NCBI GenBank assembly: GCA_013239625.1
Contig: MU056254.1
Coordinates: 2,025,675-2,089,674, forward strand
DNA length: 64,000 nt
Direction: 5' to 3'
DNA from: Lama guanicoe
Taxonomy: Eukaryota
Below, one piece after another: positions 1-12,520 of the stretch. How positions within the stretch are numbered: position 1 is the first letter of the stretch; the number at the start of each line of letters is the position of its first letter. The position numbers and the translations under genes were made by a program. Below the pieces are notes generated by a model. The model did not search any database and had not been told where the DNA came from. It was given only the letters and a program-made list of their open reading frames with translations.

Positions 1-1767
1 TTGCTTTTGCTATTGAGTACCAAGTCTGATTTCATTGCAGAGGAAGATGAAAACGGGATGGCCAGGTCACTTGCTGGGGGAGGGAAGTCTGGAAGCCTGG
101 GTCTGCCCTGAACCTCAGCTCTGACATCCCTTTAGAGAGGACCCAGATTGGGTCCAGGCTAACCGCCCCCTAAGTTCCTCTTCTCCCAAAGCGTCCCGGG
201 GAGGCCGTTATCCGAGAATCTCATGCACCTGGGATCCTTCACATCAGGCTTTTGAGCCAAAAGAAGCATTCTCCCAATTTCTGGTAGAGCTAAAGATTCG
301 GGGGTGGGGGGGTGTCATGGCAGGGGGTCCACGAGCTGCTCCAGTCTGCCACTCCCGCCCAGGGTGCTAAGTGCTGCGTCCCTGTCTGCTGCCCGCACCG
401 TCTCCTCCTGACGTGGCTGAATGTGGCCTGGAGGACAGAACTCCACAGCCGAAGCCTCTATTTTGCTTGTCTGCGAGGAACTGCAGAGACAGCTGGTAAA
501 ATATTTAGCACAACTGGAAAAAAAAAAAAACTGCAGATGCCATGAACCCATAGGATAGAACAAGTGGTCTGCATCCTTCCCAAGAACCCTAGCCTCTTCT
601 TCAGTGCATCAGTTCCTTTCTGGTCCTTGGCTGTGGTTTCTGTGACTCTCACAGGCAGATCTCCTGGGCATGCTAAATATCTGCAATGCAAGTACAGCCT
701 TGAGGTATGAAGAAAAAAATTGGAAACAGGCAAGGAGTGGAATTATTATGTGTTGTCTGAGGGTGTGAGAGTGATGGAGGGTTAAGAGGGCCAGGTGATT
801 AATGGGGGAAAAAATTAACGACTTATCTTTCTGAATACCTAGAGCCCGAAGAAACCCTTACAAGTCATTTAGTTGGTCCTGTGCCTCTAGACGCCATTTC
901 GAATGGTGAGTTATATTTCTCTGCTCTCCCAAAGGACCTCCAGCAAAGATTCGGCCCTTTCTGAATAATGAGTTCTGTTAAGACACATCCCTCATAGCCT
1001 GAAAAATTCTGTCTGATCTAAAGCTCCTCCGTATCAATCGAACCCCGTAACTTACAGTTTCCTCGCGACCACTGGAAATGGCAGGTGTGTCATTTTCTTA
1101 CATCAGTCAGCATGCATTTATTCGGTACTGCTGCCCAGTTCTGTGCTAGAAACATAGGGAAGCGGGTGGGGAAAGCGAGGGAGAGGGACTGGGAATACAG
1201 GACGTGCAAACCAAGCCATCTCTGCTTGTGAGGAGCCAGTTTGTTGAATCATGGTGAACAGGTTATCGCAATTAGGCAAGGGCGCCATCTAATTCGTCCC
1301 ACGCTGGGGGTGCAGGCTCTGGTGCAGGAGGAGTTTGCATCTTAAGGGCTTTCTTCTTTAGCCTTCTCTTTTTAGTGTCCATCTTCTCAGTTCCTTTAAC
1401 CTCAAGATTTACTGAGTAACGTGCCTGCAGCTGTTCGCTTCTCCTCCTCTGCACATCTAAGTTGCCAAGCCTCAGCCCTACTGAGGTCACAACTAACGTC
1501 AAGAATTCTTGGCGGTCCTGAGGACTCCAGTCCTCTGATAATACCTCAGCACCTTTCCCGTACTCTCAACAGTACCATGGGTTGTATTCAGCTTGTGGTC
1601 CACTATGACTAGCTCATCTTTTTCCTTTGTGATAGTTTATAACCCATAACATTTATGGGCTTAAGAGTTATAATATCTGGGTACCGAAACTGGACTGGGA
1701 ATTTTTTGCTATTTAACTTTGAACATTTCATTTTCCTTGCAAGATCTCAGTTTTACCTCACCTTTAA

Positions 1768-2198
1768 AATATATATCCTGATATATGAAGAACTCTCAAA
1801 ACTCAGGAATAAGAAAACAACCCAAGTGAAAACTGGGCGAAATACTGAACAGATACATCACCAGAGAAGACATGTAGATGGCGAGTAAGCCCTTGAAAAG
1901 ATGTTTAGCATCATTGGTTACTAGGGAAATGCATAGCAAACCCACGGTGAAATTCTACTACATGTCTATTAGAATATCTAAATTAAGACTGACCATACCA
2001 AGTGTTGGCAAGGATATGGACCAATGCAAGGGACCCTAAAAGGACAGGAGGAAATTTCTGGAGGTGATTTTGGAGAGTCATTGTCTTGATGGTAGTGATG
2101 GTCTTCTAGGGTTATGCAGGTGTAAAAGCTTGCCAACTTGTGCATTTAAAATTTTCGATTTATAGTATATCCATTATACTTCAATACAGCTGTTAAAA
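1768..2198 (+). mobile_element. Old L1 (L1M-type) fragment: ORF2 3' part joined to a degraded 3' UTR
   Basis: ORF 1655..1888 reads IYEELSKLRNKKTTQVKTG...IHHQRRH (decayed L1 ORF2), followed by an L1M-like 3' end (ttgtcttgat...acttcaatacagctgttaaaa). Boundaries approximate. Confidence 0.75.
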
Positions 2199-2808
2199 TA
2201 GTCTATTTTTCAGTTCATTGTGCCAGTCAATTGTATTAGTGTTTTTGAAACTATTACACATTATTCATCTTCCATTTGAGTAGGGCATTTCTCTCTCTAA
2301 ATATTAATGTTGGAACAGTGCTTTAGAATCCTTTGAGATATTCCACTGGGCTATGATCAGGGCCGTTCCATTAACCATAATTTATTAATTGAAGCTCTCT
2401 ATGTAAGAGGCTTTTAGCAAATCTGAGAGGCACTTTTAAGAGGCCCAGAGCAACAGACCAGTAGGGTAACTGGTGTTTTTAAAATGTGTGCATTTATGTG
2501 CACAGAGAAGGGACTGTGGTGACTCCCCCGACTCTGGGCACCTGCCTTTTGGTACAGAGATGTGATGTTTTCCACCTTTCAGAGGTTGCCTGTCCTCTGA
2601 TGGTGCTGCGGGTCTTGGGTCTAGACAATCCTGATGCCAGTGTCTCCAAGTACCAGTGTTTTCACCCGCACATGGAGGAGTTAGTTGATTACACACATCA
2701 GATCACTCTTTCTTGGCAACCTCCTATCCTTCGCTCTTAATCTTTATTTATCCCATTTGTTTAGGACTTTCCCTAATTGTTGAATAGCTTTGAAGAGCCT
2801 CTTACTTT

Positions 2809-3518
<710 letters not shown>

Positions 3519-3822
3519 TAACCTCAGAGCATCCTGTGCGTTGTCCCCTCCTGGCACTGGGCGCACTTGGGCTGGGGATCTTGCCAGTGCTGCTAATGGA
3601 AGGGCTTTGGGTCAGCTGGACCCTCTGTTGACTAGTAATAACCTTGGTCCTGACCTTAACCTCTCTGGGCTCAGCTCCTCTATCCATACAACTAGAAAAG
3701 CATCTTCCACCGTAATAGGCAGCTGTGAGGGTTAACTGAGGTAACGTAGTATGTCCGTCACCTAATAGGTACTCGCTGTGTTAGTTCCTCCCAACACACA
3801 GCTCTCCCGTGCCCATGCTCAG

Positions 3823-3864
3823 GGAGGAGGAGGAGGAGGAGGGGGAGGAGGAGGAGGAGGAGGA
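3823..3864 (+). repeat. (GGA)6-GGG-(GGA)7 purine tract
   Basis: Direct read. Confidence 0.95.
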
Positions 3865-4089
3865 GTGGGAAAGGGGCATCTGGTGGTGTGTCTAGCCTGC
3901 TACTTGACAAGAGCATGAAGCTGGGCTCACGGTACAAAACATCCATGTGTGAACAAGCAGCATCGCCAGCAGCCCTGACAGTTCCTATCTGGCCATTTCT
4001 CAGAGTAATCCCTGGTGTCACCCCCAACCCCCAACATGCTTTTGACATCGGCCCCCGAAGTGACCTCATGAAAAGGTGAGGATGGCCCC

Positions 4090-5620
4090 GGAGCAGAAAT
4101 CCGGAAGCTTCCTCCGGCCTTGGGTGACAGTCCCTGAACACGGTGAGATGGGAGGGATGCGGGAGACGGTAGTAACAGATCTGCGTCCTGCCTCTCGGCT
4201 TCGTTCCGCGGCGCGGCTCTCCGGCAGGAGCCGAAACAGGCTGATTAGCTGGTATCTCGGGACACGATGGAAGAGCTCGAAACATGCAAATTGGCGGTGG
4301 GGCAGAAATAGACTTTGCTGAGCTCACCCTGGCCGACTCTGCCGGCTCCGGGGCCCATTCGCCCGGGCAGTCGGGGAGGCAGGAGGCAGGGCGGGAGCGC
4401 CATGCAGCTTGGAGCTCCTCACCTCCATTGGACGTGTGTGCCTCCCCTCTGCAGCGGCAGGACGCTGCCCTCCGCCGGCCCGCCGCACCTGCAGCTCGGC
4501 CCGCACCCCCGCCGCACCCTCCACGCGCCCGCGCCGCGGGGCTCGGCCGCAGGTGCCTCGTCTCCGGAGATCGCTGCGCAGTAACTTTCCCATCTGCCAC
4601 GAGGATGGGGAGAAAATGAAGAGACCCCACTAGCGGCTGGCTGGCGGGCGGGCGGGCGGGAGCCGGGGTCCAGCGCTGGAGCCGAGCCGGGCCGAGCGGA
4701 GGAGCGGCGGGCGCCGGTATTTTTAGCCCGATGCCGCGTAACTTGCTGGCGCTCCGCGCGCCGCCGAGCAGATAACGGGGGAGGGGAGCCGGCCGCGGGC
4801 TCGGATTTCCGCGCGGGCGCCGGACGATGGCAGCGCGACAGGGCAGGTCGGGTCCAGACGCCGCGGTGAGTGCACGGCCCGCCCGCGCCGCGCGGGGTCC
4901 CCGCCGCCGCGCCCCTCGCCGCGGGCTCGCCGGGCGCCGGGCGCCAACTTTCCGGGCGCGGGCGGGGGCGGGGACGCGCGCCGGCCGCCCTTCTGCTGCC
5001 TCACGCCCGCGGGCGCCGAGGCTTCCAGCGGGATCCAGAGGAAAATTCCTCTGGCCTGGAGGCCGCCGCCGCCGCCGCCGCGGAGGGGCCGGTGCCGGGA
5101 GGCGGCCCGACCTGTGGCCCCGGCGGCCGGGCGGGCGGGGCGCAAACGCGGGCGCGCGGAGGTCCCCGGAGGAGAGTCTCGCCGGGCCGACTCTGCGACG
5201 GGGGGCGCCCGGCCGCCCCTCGCGGGGACCCACTGGGACCCGCAGGGATACCTCGGCCTTGGCCTTGGCCGGAGAAGGTCCTCCCGTTGCACGCCTGACC
5301 CCTAGACCTTAGAAACACGAGCGCCCAGAGGTCCAGAGGCAGCTGGAAATGAATGGGGTGGAGAGGGAGCCGGGTCCCCTGCCTGTCCTTTGTCATCCTC
5401 GAAGTCCCCGCGCAGCGAGCTGTGTGTACTGTCCCCATTTTAGCAACGGGGAAATTGAGGTTTGGGAACTTGCACCAGACCCAGCATCAAGTGGCAGAGC
5501 AGGGCTTCACGCCAGGGCTTCCCGGCGTCAGGGTCCACGCCGGCTTCCCCCGCAGCCCGGCATCGCCCGGCCTCCACGCTCGACGCCCGAGGCCTGGCAG
5601 CTGCGCAGCGAGGTTGTAAG
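4090..5620. promoter_or_regulatory. ANK1: CpG island; alternative (non-erythroid, 1A-type) ANK1 promoter
   Basis: Very GC-rich and CpG-dense, with multiple GC boxes (gggcggg), (GCC)6 at about 5062-5079 and no obvious TATA box. Contains an ATG-bearing exon with a strong donor. Edges estimated by eye. Confidence 0.85.
4827..4865 (+). CDS. ANK1: ANK1 alternative first coding exon (1A-type), MAARQGRSGPDAA
   Basis: Kozak acgATGg; 39 nt, phase 0; consensus donor GCG|GTGAGT; joins in frame to exon 2. Resembles a mouse Ank1 isoform N-terminus as I recall it (MAERPRRSGSDPA-ADAATSF). Confidence 0.85.
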
Positions 5621-6689
5621 AGGACTCGGGCCTCTGGCTTACACATCGTGTTTCCTGGGTGACACCTTTAATTGGTTCATTTCATCTCTGCCAGTGGGAG
5701 TCTGATGGGGGCACCTGGAGACTGTGTGTGAAACTCTTAACAGCACAACTTTGCAGAAAGAAAAATGAAAGTCCGCTGAAGACCCACACTGGGGCTCAGG
5801 GTTCCCTTCTGTTTCTCTGTAGTCAAGGGGGTAAGGTAGGGGCCACACAGGTGTGTGCGGGCTGGCTCTGCCTGTTCTTTTTTCCAGGCCTGTCCTGGGC
5901 TCCGAGGAACAGCCAGGCTCTGAGTTTACAGGAAGTTTCAGATGTGGCGGGCAGCCCCTCAACGTCCAGGCAGAGGGCGGCCTGCTGTTCTTGGTCTTCT
6001 GGATGGGCTGCCCCGTCCTCAGGAAAGGATCTAGACCCTCCCCTGGGCGTTCTGACAGGGATTCTGTCACAGAAACTACCTTTGCCCCGAACAAGACCCT
6101 TTGGGAGAGAGATACTATCTTACCACTTTTTACAGAAATTGACAATAGCTCAGTTTCCATTCATCTTTTTAGATGAGAGAATTTTGCACTGAAAGACCTT
6201 GAAAGTCAGCCACGATTTGTCCTGGGAAAACTCAGGCCATCCCAAGCCCCAGAGGAGGTGCGAAGAGGCCCCGCAATCTCCCACCCGGCCTGGAAGCAGA
6301 ATTTGCCCTGCTCCTGTGTGCAGGCCTGCCGACACTGAGCAGCGGGCTTCCAGCCTCTCCCTCCCCGGACACTGGAGCCCCCTCGGCTGCGTGTCTACTT
6401 CTACATCCGTATGGCCTCGCTCAGGAAGGGCAAGTTTAATAATAGTCTGGGAGTCTCAGGTAACCAAGGACTCACCTCCCTTTTCGGACGAGCAGCCCTG
6501 ATGAGAACTTGAGTCTCAGGAGGAATTCCATTCCCTTCCACTTACTTCCTCCCGCGATGCCGGCTGTAGCGGGCTCAGCCTCTGAGCACGGGCAGAAGGC
6601 TCTCTCCGGCCAGAGCTGACCTGGAGAGGAGTCTCTGGGCACTAGAACTTGACCGGTGGGGCAGCACAGCTCAGGGGTAAAGAGCAAGA

Positions 6690-6870
6690 CCCCAGAGACA
6701 GGCTACTTAGATTCAAATCCTGGCCACACCAGGATTAGCTGTGTGACCTTGGACAGGATGCTTAACTTCTCTGTGACTCATGACCTCATCTGTGCAGAAG
6801 AGACAGTAAAAGTCCCTGCCTCCGGAGATTATTGAGAGAAGCCAATGGATTAGTTTACGCAGAGCTTAAA
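6690..6870. mobile_element. MIR SINE relic
   Basis: ttcaaatcctggccac...agctgtgtgaccttggacagga tgcttaacttctctgtgactca...cctcatctgt is the MIR core. Confidence 0.75.
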
Positions 6871-9607
6871 ACATAGGAAGGGTTTTTGAAAGGTAACTTA
6901 TTTTGTTCTGAGAGGAAGTTCAGGGACGTCGCATGGGTTAGCCTGCCAGGATGTGGACCAGGGATCCAGCGAAATGCGTGCACCCCCTCCTCTGCTCACT
7001 GCTGGATTCACAATTTTCTCATGGGTAAAATTAGATTAAAATGAAGCTCAAGATGAGGCAGGGGCCAAGACACAAGTGGGCAGGCCTGGTGGGGCGCTTA
7101 GAGTGGTGACAGCTTTTGGTGACAGCACGGGGTTTAGAGCCATTGTGGACTGTTTTGTGGGTGCAGCGAGCAGCCTTCTCTAGCTGGTCCTCAGTCCTTT
7201 CACAGGGAGGCCTCTCTGAGGCTGCCCCACAGGGACGGGCACTCAGGGAGGGCCAGGGACTCTGCTCCAAATTATCTGAGCCCAGAAAGAGTCTGCTTAG
7301 TATTTTGTCATTAGTGTTGATTTTCTGATTGGCATTTATTCAGATAAATATTCTTACTGGAACATATTGGATTCTTTTGACTCTCTTTCTGCCCTGCTGG
7401 GTTACAGACTGTTCCTAGACATGCCAGGAAGCAGTACCTAGGACAGGTCATTGAGCTGGAGGTAACTGAGTTAGAGGGATGAGCAGCTGGGGCTCGGAAG
7501 AACAAGAGTGGGTCTCACGTTCCAAAGAGGGCCATTTGCCCCGTAGTTTAAGTGTCCCCCGGCACCTAGAAGCTGCTCACTGTGTGCTTGTGGAATGGAC
7601 AGTAGGTATGTGCATTATAACTCTGTCACTTTGTTTTTCAAATAAGGGGGTAGGGAACCTGTATTCAGAATTTTTATTCTGTCTTTGCCCCAGCAGGATC
7701 CTGGACTTGAACTAGGACCTCTGGAAATATGCTGTAGAGTTAAACTGAATAGAGTGACTCCATTATTATCTGCAATCCATCTGTACGATATCCCCAGGAT
7801 CCTGCTTCCGTCCTGACTACTTTATGCCCAGAGAAGACTCAAAAGAAAATGACAAGGCCTTAGCAATTGAACTTCATCTCTAAGTTTATTTTTACCATCA
7901 GTTTTCTCATCAGGGAAGGGAAGGATGGGGACTCCATGACTCCTTTCTGGACTCCTGTCTTGGCCTCTATGCAGTGCTCAGGGTCAGAGCCAGGACCTGT
8001 CTAGGGACCGGTTCTCTGCTGTGGATTCACTGTTTCATTGGAAAAGGCATGGGGCCCCTCCCAGCCCCTACATCTGTCAGGTTTGAATTTGCTGAGAACG
8101 CACCTTGGGGTCAAGGGCGGTAAAAAGGCGTCAGCTTGATTCAGGGAGTCCTGGGCTGAATCCCTGAGTGTGACGTGATGCAAAACTTGGGCAAGTTATT
8201 AACCTCTCCAAACCTTGCTTTTGTCACCCCTAAAATGGGGATGAAAATAATTATACCAACCACGTGGGTCATGATCAGGATTAAAAGATAGAATGTTGGT
8301 GATACACTTGCTCATTGATTGATGTTACTGTTATAATTTCACGATTCTGTTATCCACACGACGGAGATTATGTAGCCTTCTTTAGCCTCGTCAAGATGAG
8401 GCTTCCCTGCCCTTTACGTATTTGCTTGTCTGTCTGTCGTAAATAGTCCCCTTTGCTCCCTAGATTCGGTGCTTTGAACAGTGACAGTGTCACTAATTGG
8501 TATGGCATCTATTTTTATCCACCATTCTTAGGTTTTCATCCCCAGTCCTATTACTGTGCTGCAGAAGATAGCTTGGATAAATGGGAGATGGGTCTCTCTC
8601 TCTCTCTCTCATATTCTTCATTCTTGGGGAAGAATATACTATTTTTCCCAACAGCTGAATCCAGGCAGACTTTCTGAATCAGCAAGCACAAACAGATATT
8701 TTCAGAGGAACTCATCTTTGAGTCTGATTTCTTTGGGAACCCAGCTCATAGGGAACCAACAGATTGATCCTCATTCCTGAAATATCTCCTCTCCCACAGC
8801 TGCCTCCCCAAGGAGCCTGGGGACATTTGGTGCCCTGTGTTTTAGGCCAAGAGAGGTCTTGGCTTAGCAGAGACTTCATGCTTTGAAGGATTCAAAAGAG
8901 ACAGGAGATGTGGTTCCCTGCCCCCAAAACAAACAATTTGGCCAGGGAGATAAGACTTGCAAAAATCAAATAAGTAGAGAAAGATGTATTTAAAAGGCAT
9001 GTGACAAATCAGCCTCTTGGTCCTAGTTTTAAAGATGGTAAATAATGAGTGTCCAGGAGCAGCATTATAGAGGTGATAAGAGCTGAGGGGGCCTTGAAGC
9101 AAGGCGAGATTAGACGTGATGAACAAGGGGGCTTCAGGGCCCCGGAATAGTCAGGGTGTGGGCCTGGAGGGAGACAGAGCATGGGGATGCCTGGGGGGAC
9201 CCAGAGGGAGGAGGGAAGAGGAAAAAGCCCTCCTGCCGTGCCGGGGAGCCTGGAGATCCACGGGTGTCATGAACTGGGAGACTCAGAGCTTTGGTTTGAG
9301 CGGATGTAGCAGGGACCGTGTGGGCCTGGAGCCAGGGTGGGACATCCCCAAGGTGTGGGGTCGGCAGGGCGTTCTGGAGCAGTGGTGGGGGCCTGAGGCG
9401 GCCGGGGAGCTGGGGCCGGGGTGGCCCTCTGGTGTGAAGGTCTCCGAAGCTGGAGAATCTTTTCTGTCCTGGATTAACTGTTCAATTGGCAAGGGCATGC
9501 AGCCCCGCTTTGGGGAGAGGAGGTCAGGGTTTAATTGTAGAATGTTGTTGGAGGTCACTGGCTGTAGATTTTGAGTCCTTTGTGTTTAGGAACAGTCATC
9601 CTTAACA

Positions 9608-10065
9608 TGTATATTAGTTCTTTGTGGCTGCTGTAACAAATGACCACAAATATGGTGGCTTAAAATAAGAGAAATTTCTTCTCCCATTGTCTGGAGGCCA
9701 GAGGTCTGAAGTCGAGGTGTTGGCAGAGCTGAGCTCCCTNNNNNNNNNNNNNNNNNNNNNNNNNNNNNNNNNNNNNNNNNNNNNNNNNNNNNNNNNNNNN
9801 NNNNNNNNNNNNNNNNNNNNNNNNNNNNNNNNNNNNNNNNNNNNNNNNNNNNNNNNNNNNNNNNNNNNNNNNNNNNNNNNNNNNNNNNNNNNNNNNNNNN
9901 NNNNNNNNNNNNNNNNNNNNNNNNNNNNNNNNNNNNGACAATCTCATCTCAAGACCCATGACACAATTACAACTGCAAAGGCTCTTTCCAAATAAGGTCC
10001 CAGTCGCAGGTCCCAGGAATGAGGGTGCAGACAGGTCTTTGGGGACCACCATTCAGCACCCTGCA
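9608..10065 (-). mobile_element. MLT1-type (ERVL-MaLR) solo LTR containing N-run 9740-9936 (197 nt)
   Basis: tattagttc...ggctgctgtaacaaatgaccacaaa...ggtggcttaaaa...tctggaggccagaggtctgaa...tttccaaataaggtc is the MLT1 signature. Confidence 0.85.
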
Positions 10066-10579
10066 GCGTGTTCTCCAAGGAGGGACCACAAAGGAAGGAG
10101 ATGTTGCCTCAGGTGGATCTTTGGAGGAATGGCACTGCCCGCTTCCCACGTGGCCTGTCACGTGACCACTGTCACCTGTGAAACTCACCCTGAGTGCACA
10201 CCACGTGCAAGCATGGCTCTCGGCGCTTGTGCCGATGTGATCATTGCAACAATGTATGATATTTCCCTTCAGCCTCATAGCCAGGGAATGAGAAAGGCCT
10301 TGCCCTCCCTGGCTTACAGATAAGGACACCTTATCTGGGGGAGCTAAGGTGCCTGTGGACCGAAGGGTCCCCCAGATGCAGGGGAGCTGCTCAGAGCCCC
10401 CTGCATTGGTCTGTCCTGGGGGACCTGGTTTCATCCCCAGCTCCCACTGCCTCTAACACAAACCAGGGTCCTGGGCGGAGTCTGGATGTGCCTATGTAAG
10501 TCTGAGCTACGGCTGCAGGTTCTTTACTCTCATTCAGGAAAGCTGACGAGGGTCACCGGCCAGGTAAAGCAACAGGGCA

Positions 10580-10760
10580 TGGAGGTCAGGTTCACAATTT
10601 CAGAGCCAGACTGCCTGTGCTTGAGCCCGGCTGTGCCTCTTCCCTGCTGTGTGACCCTGCGCAAGTCACTTGGGCTCTCTGTGCCTCACTTCCCACATCT
10701 ATAAAATGGGGACCGCAATTGTGCTCGCCTCTTGGGGATTTTTTTAATGGGGACTAAATG
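10580..10760. mobile_element. MIR SINE relic
   Basis: gctgtgtgaccctgcgcaagtcacttgggctctctgtgcctcacttcccacatctataaaatgggga. Confidence 0.75.
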
Positions 10761-11091
10761 CATCTGTGTGTGAGAGAGAGAGAGAGAGATAATGGCTCTC
10801 AGCACTCAGTAAGTGCTCTGTGCTGTTTACTTAAAAACAAAACCACAAAAGAGCAGCAAAGAACGCGTGTTTGGCTCCCATGGCGCCTCCTCTGTGACTC
10901 AGTGGGGCCAGGCGCTGTGATTTGGGCTCCTCAGGAAGGCAGAGCCCTGGGAAACATCCAGGCAGAGAGACGCCAGGCCTGCTGAGCATCACTATGGAAC
11001 AGGATCTCTCTCGAAGGCTGGTCCCGCCCGGGTCCTAGCCAAGAACGCTGGCTCATTAAAAACACCCAAAGGAAAGGAGGCTGGGCTCTGA

Positions 11092-11472
<381 letters not shown>

Positions 11473-12159
11473 TAACCTTTCCCAGTGACCACAAAAATCC
11501 CCCAGGGCTTCCACCTGCTAAAGGCACGACCCTAGTGTTTGTAGCCCAGGGCCCAATGGAGAAGGGCCGGTGCCTGAGGAGCATGGGCCACGCCTGGCTC
11601 CATCCCCTGCGGCCTCTCCCCTTAGAAGTCGAGCTGGTCCCTGCTGTGGTCTCAGAATGTGTGGCCTTTGAGAGTGGGCGGGAGGAAGGGCCTTTGAAGG
11701 AGGCTGTGTCAGCGGTGACATTCATCTCCTTTGTCCACCAGCGGCCTTTGTGGGTTTGCCGCTGGGCTGAGAAGGAAATAGCGCCGAGGATGCTCTGTCG
11801 GGTGCTGACGGAGGCTGAGAACAGCGCGGCCGAAACGGCCTCTGGATGTTTTTGGTTCTAAGTGACAGGGCTTGGTTTGGGGAGAGGGTGGGGAGGAAAC
11901 TGAATGTGTGCAGGACAGAGTGGAGGACAGAGAGTCGGGTTCAGGGCCCAGGATCGAGGAGCTGACTGAACAGGGAGGAACTCACTCCCCAGAAAGAGGA
12001 TGGGGTCGGGCTGGGGCTGGGATGGAATGACTTGTTTTGTTTGTTTGTTTTGGCCAGTCAGTTAAATTGTTCAGGTACCCAGCTGATTCCGTTTCCAATT
12101 TAGAATACATTCCCCAATTGTGCCTTTTGACAAAACCATTTTAACCCTTGAAAAATGGT

Positions 12160-12520
12160 TTTTAATTGGGGTGAAAAGCACGTAATATAGCATTAACCAT
12201 CTTAAGCATTTTTAGAAATAGATTTGTATTGAAGCGTAGTCAATTTACAACCTTGTGTCAGTTTCTCCATCTAAAGCATTTGTAAGTGTACAGTTCAGTG
12301 TGTATCACCACCATCCATGCCCGGAACTCTTTTCATCTTGTAGAACTGAAACTCTATACCCGTTAAACCGTAACTCCCCCTTCCTGCCTCCCCCAGCCGC
12401 TGGCCGCCACCCTTCGACTTTCTGTCTCTAGGAATCTGACAGCTCCAGGTACTTCAAATCAGTGGGCTCATACAGCATTTGTCTTAGTTTGCGCAGGACG
12501 ACATCCTCACCATCCAGCCA
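12160..12520 (-). mobile_element. Old L1 (L1MB-like) 3' end, antisense, with a nested 55-bp younger L1 tip at 12212-12266
   Basis: aagtgtacagttcagtg...tcaccaccatccat...tttcatcttgtagaactgaaactctatacccgttaa. The nested piece is flanked by 15-bp TSDs. Confidence 0.8.

Noticed and set aside
3758-5233. 491-aa minus-strand ORF and other long overlapping ORFs in the CpG island
   Set aside because: Low-complexity Arg/Pro/Gly/Ala sequence, as expected from stop-codon scarcity in very GC-rich DNA. It runs through the GGA repeat (poly-Leu) and has no recognisable domain.
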